DNA of 35,740 nucleotides from Octopus sinensis (Eukaryota), in NCBI RefSeq assembly GCF_006345805.1, contig NW_021826227.1:1-35740 (forward strand). Reading direction: 5' to 3'. Every line of letters begins with the position of its first letter. The first letter of the stretch is position 1. A model generated the notes under the pieces. That model ran no database searches. It was not told the origin of the DNA and worked only from the letters and a program-made list of their open reading frames with translations. Shown piece after piece: positions 22,750-34,210 of this stretch. A program made the position numbers and the translations under genes.

Positions 22750-23400
22750 AAGAAAGAATCCGAAGATTAAATATTTATATATACCAATTAAGGACTGACA
22801 CACGAAAAGCGGACAGTCAACATGCTAGATATAGACGTCAAATCGCCATTCTCCACAAAAGTCTATGTTCTCAGATCAAACTCAACACCAACCAAACAAT
22901 AAAACAATATTTTAATCTTCGGATTCTTTCTTTAATATGCTAGACCACTGGTTCTAATTGATAAATATCAATTTTTACCTTAATTTAATTTTAATAAAAT
23001 TTGTTCTCTAACCGAATAAATTAACTGCTGCTAACTATTAGCTGCAGGCTAGTTTTCTCGGGTCTCATCGCGCCAAATAAAAGACATTTGAAAATATATA
23101 TTCAAGTGTAATAGGCCGTACTCCATGCATGCGTTATTTCGGTATCGTGTTGGCATTTAGTACAGCAAATTACATTTATATGGGACCATGCTGATGATGG
23201 CTGCACTTTTCCTTGCGGGAAAATAACAGCCGAAACTGAATTAGTACATGGGTAAATATTTATTTCGTATATTTTTCATTGTTTAGTGTTTGGTCTGGTG
23301 TTCAGTTGATCTGAGAACATAGACTTTTTGTGGAGAATGGCGATTTGACGTCATATCTAGCATGTTGACTATCCACTTTTCGTGTTCAGTCCTTAATTGG
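22750..23400 (+). mobile_element. Hammerhead-containing non-autonomous element (retrozyme/Penelope pLTR-like) with inverted 5' segment
   Basis: 22784-22908 is the reverse complement of 23278-23400, and 22750-22775 is the reverse complement of 22906-22932; no ORF; internal hammerhead. Confidence 0.8.
23174..23257 (+). ncRNA. Type I hammerhead ribozyme, intact core
   Basis: Stem I CCATG/CATGG extended by ATTTAT/GTAAAT over an ATGGGA bulge; CTGATGA 23191-23197; extra T; stem II GGCTG/CAGCC with inner TTTTCC/GGAAAA; GAAA 23232-23235; stem III ACTG/TAGT; GUA site, cut after 23246. Confidence 0.88.
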
Positions 23401-23466
23401 ATATATATATATATATATATATAAATATATATATATATACATATATAATTATATGTATATATGTGT

Positions 23467-24545
23467 GTCTTAGGATGTGGAATGTTCGTATCAGCTAAAC
23501 ACGGACTGTGTCATAATATCTGTCATGAAGCGTTGATAGGGGCAAAGCTTATCCAAGAGAAGTCGGTGGGCCTGCAAATCGGCAGGTGGAGGGAAGAACC
23601 ATACCAACCGGACAGTTTGTAGGGCGAAGACGGAAAGACAGGTTAAAATGCTTGGGGTCTGGTCTGCTGTAGACCTCGAGGGGACAACAAAGGTGGGAGG
23701 TGACGAAACAGGATAGTCGATCTCACCCAGGAAATTGGCAGAGAGGAAGAGTTCGTGAAGGGTCGAGTCGAAGGTGGCGAATGCGTACATCGCTTCGTCA
23801 TCTATGACTGCCTGAAATGTAGTCCATGCCCGATAAAGTTAGAGCGTTTGATATTCCGCTTTCTAAAGAAGGTATGTGCTCCGCTCATCGACGGTCCATC
23901 TTCTGTCAACAACCTCTCAGTGGAGGAGTACTGGAATGCCGTTGGTAATGATTCGCATGCGCATGCGATGAGACTGCGATAGCTCCTTCGTTTCTTTAGC
24001 GGCCGAGAATAGGGGATTTACTGTTTGTCAAACGGGACATTCTGCGGCTCGTCTCACTGAAGAAGCTACAGTAGTGAGTCAAGCGTTGGCCAAGGAAAAG
24101 GGCGCTTGGCACCTGGAGTGTCGGCAAGCTCTCACAGCTTTCTGCCTGTCGGGCAAAGCGGGAGTTTGATAGTTCCACCTTGGATTTCTATAGGGGATTA
24201 GTAGAGGGGAAAGAACAACACGACGAAATCGGGGTAAATTCTGGGCGTTGGTGGAGGGAAATCAACTAACTGGTCCTTAACTTCCAGAAATCCCTGGCCT
24301 GGCAGTGCTACCGGGGAGCTCTGCCATTCAAGACAAGCTCTACAGTTACGAAAGTGTTGTCGGACGGATATGTCAGGGGTTGTGCGCAGGGCGATGAAAA
24401 TAGTCCTGCATGCACTCGTCCATCAGTTTACGTGCCGAGTACATTGTAAAGATCGCCCCCCACCTTCTTTAGGCGGGAAGGAAAAGCAGTTTCTTCTGCC
24501 CGGTGGCTCTAAACAAGTAGTGTGGTGGACGAGACTGAAAACATT
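23467..24545 (+). mobile_element. Decayed Tx1-clade LINE lineage C, longer copy
   Basis: Same 5' start as 19285; continues KLERLIFRFL, QKSLAWQCYRGALP, IVLHALV, VWWTRLK. Confidence 0.85.
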
Positions 24546-24924
24546 AAAGATAAAACCTCCTTCACAAAGAAATTATGTCATTTAATATTATCATTTATAT
24601 TATCATAAATATTCACTTCAGTTTATATTAAAAAACTCATAGGCATGGTTATGTATCTCATTGCATCACACAAAAACACACACAGACACACACACACAGC
24701 ACACAGACAACACACCACAGATACTGGAAGACAATTAGTTTTTCTTTCAATTTCCTTTTTTCTCTTCACTTTTTGCAGAAGGCATCAAGAATACTGGAGA
24801 CTTCTCAGATACAAATACGTGTTAAACAGTTTAGAGGCCCCTGCATGTTTTCTCCCTTTCCCCTCACTCCTATGAAATAGAGGACATCAAACTGAATGTT
24901 TGGGTACAGATGAGCTCTCTCTCT

Positions 24925-25337
24925 CTCTTTTTACTCTTTTACTTGTTTCAGTGATTTTAATGTGGCCGTGTGGAGCACAGCCTTTGTCGAGAGTAAATCG
25001 AACCAAGGACTTATTCATGTAAGCCTAGTATTTCTTCTATCGGTCTCTTTAGCCGAACCGCTAACTTACAGGGACATAAACACAGCAGCATCGGTTGTCA
25101 AGCTATGTTGGGGGGGGGGGGGACAAACACTGACACACAACACACACATCACATAGAATATATAATGAATATAAACAACGGGCTTCTTTCAGTTTCCGTC
25201 TACTAAATCCACTCACAAGTCTTTAATCGGCCCGAGGCTATAGTAGAAGACGCTCGCCCAAAGTGCCACGCAGTGGGACTGAACCCGGAACAATGTGGTT
25301 GGTAAGCAAGCTACTACCACACAGCCACTCCCGCGCC
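24925..25337 (-). mobile_element. Full-length tRNA-derived SINE, more diverged copy
   Basis: Homologous to 5092-5489 along its length. Confidence 0.88.
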
Positions 25338-26466
25338 AATAGAAGTTTGGAATATATTGTGTCCATTATTATAATCGTTATATATCTCAGTGCATAACAC
25401 ACACACACACCACACACACAGACACACACACACCACACCCATACAACACAGACCAGCACATATACAATTGAAGACCTTTCAACACAAAAATCCTCGCCTG
25501 TCATCCTTCTTCGTAATAAAATATTGCTACTTTGATAACGAAAATTCTTTTCCCATAACTTTAAAGCTGCAAAACCTTTATTCCTCTTCAGAATTGTTAT
25601 AATTTCTCTATCATATACTTTATTTCACAAACGTAATTTCAGAAACGAACTATTGTTAAATGAATTTGTATCGTTTGCTTCCATGTCAATCATTATATAT
25701 ACCATTTAAATTATTATCGTTATTGATAACTTGATTTTCTGAAGTGACACTATCGTTAAATCTATCGTCTGCTCAGAGGAAATATTGGCTGCTATTTCTA
25801 GCACATCCAGCTTAAACTTCAGAGATTCTTCACGAAGAGAATGGTGGATGACATGTGAACACTGGAGGGTCTACAATGAAATTAGAAATGTACTTCATCT
25901 TAATGTTGGCTTTGTCATGTATTGGAAAGAGATCGATGATCAATAGTTATCGAGCAAATGTGAGATGATTCTAACAGATGAAAAATCTATCGTCTGATCG
26001 TATAACAATATTTTAATCATTTCCGGTAGATGTCGCCTTTAAACGATTTTATGTTCCTAGCTACTAAATTTCTTGACGTATGTATATTATATATATATAT
26101 ATATTATATATATCCCTCTCTATATCACGCACGATCAACACACAGACACAAATTTCACACCTTACTAAGTGTATTTGACGTTTGCACCTCACACACACAA
26201 TAACACATACACACACCGACACAAATGCAGTTATATACACACTCATACACATACACAATCACTCGCAATCATTAACACAAGCACCACACCCGCACATCAT
26301 CATACATACAGCATACATATGTCCCCTACCTATTTTTACTACTCCTCCTTCTACCCATTTTTTAAGTCATTGCTTATAACGGATTATTTAAAAAAAACAC
26401 TCATTGTCATGTTGTGGTCACCATGTAGGCAATCATCAAAAATTTTGTTCGTCTTGTGCTGAAAGA

Positions 26467-26560
26467 GGCTCTTAATCTTCTGATGAGAAGATGGCATAAT
26501 GCACCATTTATTCCTCGGAATTAAAATTATTGCCGTCTTCGAAACATGTGTCGAGAGAGT
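26467..26560 (+). ncRNA. Type I hammerhead ribozyme, intact core, minimal self-complementary stem III
   Basis: Stem I TCTT/GAGA plus CTC/GAG; CTGATGA 26480-26486; 10-bp stem II GAAGATGGCA/TGCCGTCTTC; GAAA 26541-26544; ACATGTGT stem III; GUC site, cut after 26552. Confidence 0.88.
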
Positions 26561-26738
26561 AAAACCTCATTCGACTCCATTCTTTCATTTATTCATATAA
26601 ATAACACAAATTTGCACAAAAGAACCCGGAGTTTCTACCCTTGACAGGTCACTTCAATGTGTTTTCCGACGTGAATTTGCTACCCAGGATCGGTTAAAAC
26701 GAATTTTCCATGCTAGGATAATTCATTCACCTACTATA

Positions 26739-26771
<33 letters not shown>

Positions 26772-27144
26772 CAAATACATGAATATCTTACGTTTATATA
26801 ATTCTGAAACTGTGTGGCGTGTTTATATATATATATATATATAAATATATACACACACACACACACACACAGATATCACAATTGTGAAAATTGTACTTAG
26901 ATTATTTCAAGTTAATTTCATACGCGGATGTAAACAGTTCATGCAAGTGACGCATATACACCACACCACATACATACACCACATGCAACACCAGACAGTG
27001 ACATAATTTTCATTTCTCATTTTGCTGGAATGCTAATGTCGCGGAAGAAGGAGGGTATACTGAGTAAGTGAAGGGGAATTAAAATGTATCAATCTCACCC
27101 AAATCCTTAGTACATGGTTATGTAGCTAATAGCATCACACAACA

Positions 27145-27177
<33 letters not shown>

Positions 27178-28277
27178 ACAAAACCTTTTTCTTCTTTCTC
27201 CCTCCCTCCTCTCTCTCTTTCTATCACTTTCTTCCCCTCTCTCATTACACTCTTCCACTATCAACGCCCATCTTTGACTGCTGACGCAAACTTTTCATAT
27301 CGGATTCATATAATGAGAAATAAAGGACGCCAACTATATTTACACACCACACAACACACACATATATATATATATATATATGCTAATTGTGTGCTACTTC
27401 AATGAAAAAAATTTATGGTAAATAAACAATGACGCAATATATATATGCGCACATATATATATATATAGATATATATATAAACATTCACTACCTCTTACGA
27501 ACAGAGACTAACAGCACTTTATTGGTAAGTTACGATTTTCATTATATTATATCGGCCTTCTTGGCCATTGTCCAGTCTCCTCAACGGCATTAGGGATGGG
27601 AAAAAGGTTCTCCACCCTTAAGACCTCGTAAATTTGGGTCCCCAAATTACCTAAAATGTTTTTTATGCTTTTATTTTTACTTCAGTAATTTTCAGTTAAA
27701 CATTAGCATTGGCACTGGCCACGTCGGGCCCAATATTCTTCCGTTTTCTGTTGAAAACTGAACAGATCAGCCCTTTCACAACACCATTAAAGTTATTCTA
27801 AAGTAAGCAATCACATAATCAAAATCTCAAAGATAGAAGATAACGTATGTGTTTATTTTAAACGATGTGAATAAATAAGTAATTCATCTGAATGTTGAAG
27901 GAGTATCCCTTCTAGCGGTACAGTAATGAAACAGCAATTCCATCTCAAATTACGTGGGGTATTTTTTAGGGACACTTTTCAGGTACGAGGGAGAAGTGGT
28001 TAAGAAAATTTGAAAAAGTTGTTATATATATTTATATATATTTATATTTCTGTAGGTATCTATATATACATGCTGACTACTTAATGTTTTTAATATGTGT
28101 ATAATGTAGGAGTTTTATGTATATATATTGTGCGTATATGTGTGTGTGTTTGCATGTATATATGTAAGAGCTTGTATGATATATTATGTATTTGTAAATG
28201 CAATTTTGGATATTTCATATGTATTGCATATGCTCATATATATATATATAATATATATATATATATCTGTATATATA

Positions 28278-28342
<65 letters not shown>

Positions 28343-28444
28343 CATATAGTATACATAGACACACACACATATTTGCTATTTGGAATGTGTTCACTTGTCG
28401 ATTGTCAGGTTGACACTTTGTTTACATTCAGCTTTATTTATTTG

Positions 28445-29150
28445 GAATTAGGGAAGTGCATGAATGTCGGGCAGTTTTATGCTTACGATAAAAAATAACG
28501 TCAGAGAATTTAACAGTGAGGAGTTGTGGAGGCGAAGAATAGTTAATGTCCCTTTTATACATAACATACATTTACCTATTGTGTTGTAGAGGGGAGCTTC
28601 ACATACTATGAACCACGATAGAGCGTGTTGGACATTGTTTTGAATTGAGGTTGTATATGTGTTTGCTAAAGATTGAATAGTTTAGATTCGGGATTAGTGA
28701 AAGAATACATATGAGCACGACAACGACATTGAAAATCTCAGTGCATTAATATACACCCTGCCTGGTGGGTGCATGGGGTAATCACGTGGCACTTATAGAT
28801 TACGCTTTTGAGGAGACAGGTGTCTGCATACCATATATTTCAGAAGCGCGACAGTTGCAAGTGGTGGGGGTTACTATTAGTAATGTTGATGTTGGTTGGT
28901 TTGTTGTTAGTGGGGAGATCTAAATTGGGATTATATTAGTATCGGATGAGAGGTTGTAATGGAACTAATATTTGTCGTCTCGCAGACAGGGTTGTAGAAT
29001 GTTGGCTAAGATTAGTATTATACAATTGAGGGTGGCTTATTAATGTTTGTATTATTGTATTGTGAAGTTTAGCTTGGGATTTTGGGGAAAATTTTGGTTT
29101 TTATTCCACACATAAAGCCTACCGGTGTTTTATAAAGACTTATGGAACCA
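28445..29150 (-). mobile_element. Penelope-like GIY-YIG remnant, duplicate
   Basis: Copy of 14845-15560. Confidence 0.78.
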
Positions 29151-30396
29151 CGTGACCGCTGCTAGCTTTGTTGTTGTTGATGTGTATGTATTTTCAAAAT
29201 GTTTTATTCTTCAACTTTGAGATGTATTGTTGATTTTTTTAAAATTTTATCTTACTATAATCAGCAACAAACACCTTCCGTCAATATTAAATTCTTTATT
29301 GGATAAAAAAAACATTATCAAAACTTGAAGTTAAAACAAAACAAATGTGATTTGTTTTCTTCCAGGCACAAATGTCCTGTAGCAATAGTCTTTCATCGAC
29401 CGACCTTTCCTCCAAAAAAATCAGTGGAATCATTCGGATCTCCATACACAAATTATTTTCCTCCTGGACTATAAAAAAGTTACACACATTAGGCGCACCT
29501 TTCTCTAAGCGGCACACTAAATTTCCCAGGTAAAAAAATAGCGGCTTATACACCGGAAAATACGGTGTTTCTTTTTTGTCATATTCATATCGACTTTTCC
29601 TCCATAAACGTTACACAAACACTTGACTGCGCATACCTAAATGTCTATATTAAAGCATTTTCTAAGCTAAATTCTCTGCCTGATCTACAGGCTCATTAGG
29701 CCCCCAGTATATCTCGGTATCGAACGTATTTCAACACACAAGGATACAGCACACCGGATACCAGTCTGTCGCAATGTCAACCCCTGGTTAATGCTGGTAC
29801 TTTTCAGATGAGAGCACTGGAAGTGTCTTTCTCGTGGACACAACTTACCGAAACAATAATCCATACGCCTATGAGTGTGTATGTGCGCGCTTATGTAATA
29901 TCCGTGCGTATGTGGGTGTATTTTTGTATGCATGTAACACACACACACACACATCTTTTATATTTTAATCTTTTGCTTATTTAAGGTGAATTTCAAAGTC
30001 GTTATGCCAATCACATAATCCCCTTCCGACATAGGCCAAAAGTAAAGCTACGAAACTGGTAAGTTTGGAAGAAAACGAAACACCACATGTGACTGGATGG
30101 GAAGTAATTGAGAATCCATAACTTATGTGAATGGATCGAATAAATATAAACAATTTTAGCTGAAAGAGTGCATATCCTGTTCAGATCTAAGATGCTTAAT
30201 TCTCTATTGGACTCTAGGTCAGGAATTTTCAGTCGTTGTCAAGTATAAATATATTTTGAAGAACTGAAAAATTCCGTCTGTTCTTGATTAAGTTTTTGAT
30301 ATCTTTTTAGCCTTATAATTCAAGGACTCTTAAATGCTGTTTTTACTTTTCCCTTTTCCATTTTCGTTTTGTGCTTTTGCTTTCCGATTTCCGGAA

Positions 30397-31476
30397 CACT
30401 GGGCATGCTGTGGAAGACATGCACTGGGGCTGCGACATCTCCAAACATTCTGCGTAAATGGTGAACAGGTGTGGTCATCGTTTGTCAAACAGGCTTTTCC
30501 ACAACTCATCTCCTTGAGTAAGCTGCAGTCATGGGTCAAGAAGAGACCGGGGAAGATTACTGGCATCTGGAATGTTGCTAGGCACTCACTGTCCTCTACC
30601 AGGTGGGCAATGCCATCAGTGGAAAATCGACTCTGAAGTTCTATGGAGGGTTAGTGGAGGGAAAGTGCGATGAAGCACTTGGAGAGACGCTAGGCGTTGA
30701 CAAAATTGAAACTAACCAGTCTGTGTGAGGAGGACTTTCAAGAGGGGATAATGGATAACTTCTAGAAGTCCCTTGCTTTGCAGTGCTATCGGGGGGCACT
30801 GCCGGATCGAGATAAACTCTACAAGCACGGAATTGCTGTCTGACCGACCTACCCGACATATGCGCAGAGCGATGAAAGCGTTCTGCACTCACTCGTCCAG
30901 TGTCCTTGCATTACTGACTTGTGGAGTTATGTTGAAAAGCTGTTATTAAGTGTAGGCAGTTTCTATCTATCGGCCGAGTCCGTAGTGAAGATCGATCATC
31001 CACTTTCAATCAGTCCGGAAGGTCAGGCAATTTACTTCTGTCTAATAGCAGTAGCGAAAGAGGCTGTATTGTGGTCCAGGTTAAACGGACTAAAGACAGA
31101 GAATTATCTCTACGGCCAATCACTCGTCAACTTTTTCAAATTTCCTTTGGAAAGGAAGATGAGGGTGCAGAGTGAAGTGCTGCCTCCCAGTACATTTGCC
31201 AAAAGGTGGATGAACAGAGAAAATGGTACGTGTGATTTGACCTACTCTAATAACACGCCTTTTGGCTAGTGAATTTGAGAGGGAGGAGAGTGCTCTTACC
31301 AGATGCCCTCGAAGCGTCGAGTGGTTCAGGATTGGGGTGTGGTACCTGAGCCAACTCCAGGGGATTACCTGCAACTATTACGAAATTTCATGTTATATTC
31401 TTTTGTCGGATATCATTGTCATTCTTTTAACTGTGTGTACTCGTTGTCTCAGCGTTAAATCTCCAGTGTTCATGTC
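30397..31476 (+). mobile_element. Tx1-clade LINE lineage B, duplicate
   Basis: Copy of 16805-17880; ORF 30919-31269 is its C-terminal fragment. Confidence 0.87.
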
Positions 31477-31486
31477 TACTGTATCC

Positions 31487-31717
31487 TTTCTTTACTACCG
31501 ACAAGGGGCCTAAACACAGAGAGGACAAACAAGGACAGACAAAGGATTAAGTCGATTATATCGATCACAGTGCGTAACTGGTACTTCTTTAATCGACCCC
31601 GAAATGATGAAAGGCAAAGTCGACCTCGGGGAAATTTGAACTCAGAAGATAACGGCAGAAGAAATACCGCTAAGCATTTCGCCCGACGTAATAAAGATTC
31701 TGCCAGCTCTCACCGCC
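31487..31717 (-). mobile_element. OR-like SINE, duplicate
   Basis: Copy of 17891-18122; TSD TCTACTGTATCCT/TCTACTGTATCTT. Confidence 0.85.
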
Positions 31718-32359
31718 CTTTCTACTGTATCTTCTCCGATATGCCGGCCCTATTGGCAACTAATAATAATAATAATAATAATATAATAATAAATAATAAT
31801 AAATAATATAATAATAATAATAATAATATTAATAATAATAATAATAATTATAATAATAGTAAGGGTTGTTGAAGGATGTTGAACGAAGATGTAGCCCATC
31901 GTCTTGGTATAGGGGATGGGCTCCAGCAAATATTCTGCTCAATACCACAGATTGCTTGTCAGTTGCTCGACGTTAACCAGTTGAGCATGTCCCTAGTGGC
32001 TGAAGATATGTGCAATCTGATCGCAAGCAGAAGTAGGGGGAGTATCATAGCATGTGTTAAGAGGTATTCTTTGGGGTTTGAATAATTCCCCTCGAAGCAT
32101 GGGTGTTTCGTTCAAAATCCGTAAACCAACTCCTACTCAGGGACCTTTTGAGCAGGATGGGTTATCGACCAGAAGAAAATTCTAACTGGGCCACACATAG
32201 AAGGTCATGTGCTTTTTATCTTGATATGAGATCATCATGTTTCGCACTTATGGTTGTGATGCATGTGTATGGTGTACCCTTATCAGACGGGTAGTCATGA
32301 TGGGTATACTGGGCTTCATATATTTTACCCTAGTGTCACTTTGATGGCATGCACTGCTC

Positions 32360-32395
<36 letters not shown>

Positions 32396-32815
32396 TATTA
32401 TTATTATTATTATTACTATTATTATTATTTTTATTATTATTATTATAATTATTATTGTTATTGGAAAGTTCTTCCGGCTAAACATTTCACTCACTTCTTC
32501 ACAGTAAAATTATATCATTTAATGCAATCGTTAATGTGATATTCCCTCCAGTTTCTATATAAAGAAAGCTTAGGCAGGGTTATGTATATATTACATCACA
32601 CACAGGACACAAACACACACACAACACACGAACAATCGTACACATCAACTCTCCTCCTCTTCTTTCCCCTCTCTCTCTCTATCACTCCCTCTACCCCTCT
32701 CTCATTTTAACTCTTCCACTCCACCGCCAATCATCATAAACTGCTGACTGAAATTTTCAAATCGAAATTATATAATTAGAAATACAGATGCCATATATAT
32801 ATATATATTATATAT

Positions 32816-33170
32816 GTCTTAGGATGTGGAATGTTCGTATCGCTAACACGGACCACGTCATCATAATACTGTCCACGATGCGTTGATAGGAGCAAAGCTT
32901 ATCCAAGAGAAGTCGGTGGGCCTGCAACTCGGCAGATGGAGAGGCAGACCCATACCACCGACAGTTTGTAGGGGCGCTAAAGTGAAAGACAGGTTAAACT
33001 GTTTGGGGTCTGGTTTGCTGTAGACCCCGAGGTGGGACAACAACGGGTGGGGAGGTGACGAACAGGATAGTCGATCTCACCCAGAAATTGGCAGAGAGGA
33101 AGCTGTTCGTGAAGGGTCGAGTCGAGGTGGCGAATGCGTACATCGCTTCCGTCAACTATGACTGCTTGAA
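32816..33170 (+). mobile_element. Tx1 lineage C fragment, duplicate
   Basis: Copy of 19285-19638 with the same breakpoint. Confidence 0.85.
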
Positions 33171-34174
33171 TATAATAACCACATGTATCAAACGCAAGGA
33201 TACAAGTGTTCGTCTGGTACGTTGATTTTGTTATTTTTATGTCTTGACAAAGGATGCGCTGATGATTGAAAAGTGGATTTTGTGCACTAATTACGGAATC
33301 ATATGATGTTCAGCTACGTCTGTTTCTGGAGGCTCGCTTTGAGAGTTGCATTCCTCGCGTGAGGCATTTATGTATAAGTAATGCCCTTAATATATATAAA
33401 TATATTCATTGGAATATTAATAAGTTATCCCTTCTGAGGTTTTCACAATAACTACTTGATAAATCCTCGTAAAATTTTATCCTATATTTCAATTATATAT
33501 ATTTTTGTAGCCCCAAACTTACTTTGTTATATACACAAACACACCACACACACACACTTATGTATATATATATATATATATTTATTTGACATATATGTAT
33601 ATATCTATGTATATGTGAGCGTGTGTATGTATATGTGTATGTGTTTCAGTTTATCCACTATGACCGCTTGGGAACAGGTTCCGGTTTTTTACGTCCCAGT
33701 AATTTGGCCGATCGGTATCTTGTTAAATTCCTTACAACCACTTGAAACTTTTCACCATTTTTACCACGTCATTTCAAAGCATTACCTCTGATTCAGAATG
33801 CCTGCCGCTGACGATAATTGCCTTCATGTTTTTCTTTTTCTGGTAAATAATAATAAAAAAATAAAAGTATAAAGTTGCGTAACTGTAGGCAAATCAGCGG
33901 AAGGGATCGCGAGAATACGCAGCAGGCTTAACAACAAATACTGGGGTCGATTTGTGCGACTAAAACACTTTAAGGCAGCCCAATGGATGACAAACGTAAG
34001 GAATTGTTTACAGCTATGGTTTAAATTCTACGCCATAAATTAGAATTGTCGGATCTCATCGAAGACAGCGAACGGGAATTGAAGCTCTATGGTTTGTGTT
34101 CCTGAAATTTTAAAGGATGCAACAATAGAAAATGATCTATCTATCGATCAATCAATCGATCTTCTATCTATATC

Positions 34175-34210
<36 letters not shown>

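Larger units (their letters stand above)
27422..33170 (+). repeat. Segmental duplication block Y, copy 2
   Basis: Colinear with 13610-19638; lacks ~190 bp corresponding to ~14215-14420. Confidence 0.93.

Noticed and set aside
25545-25600. Minus-strand CTGAAGA..GAAA
   Set aside because: No stem II pairing or NUH/stem I.
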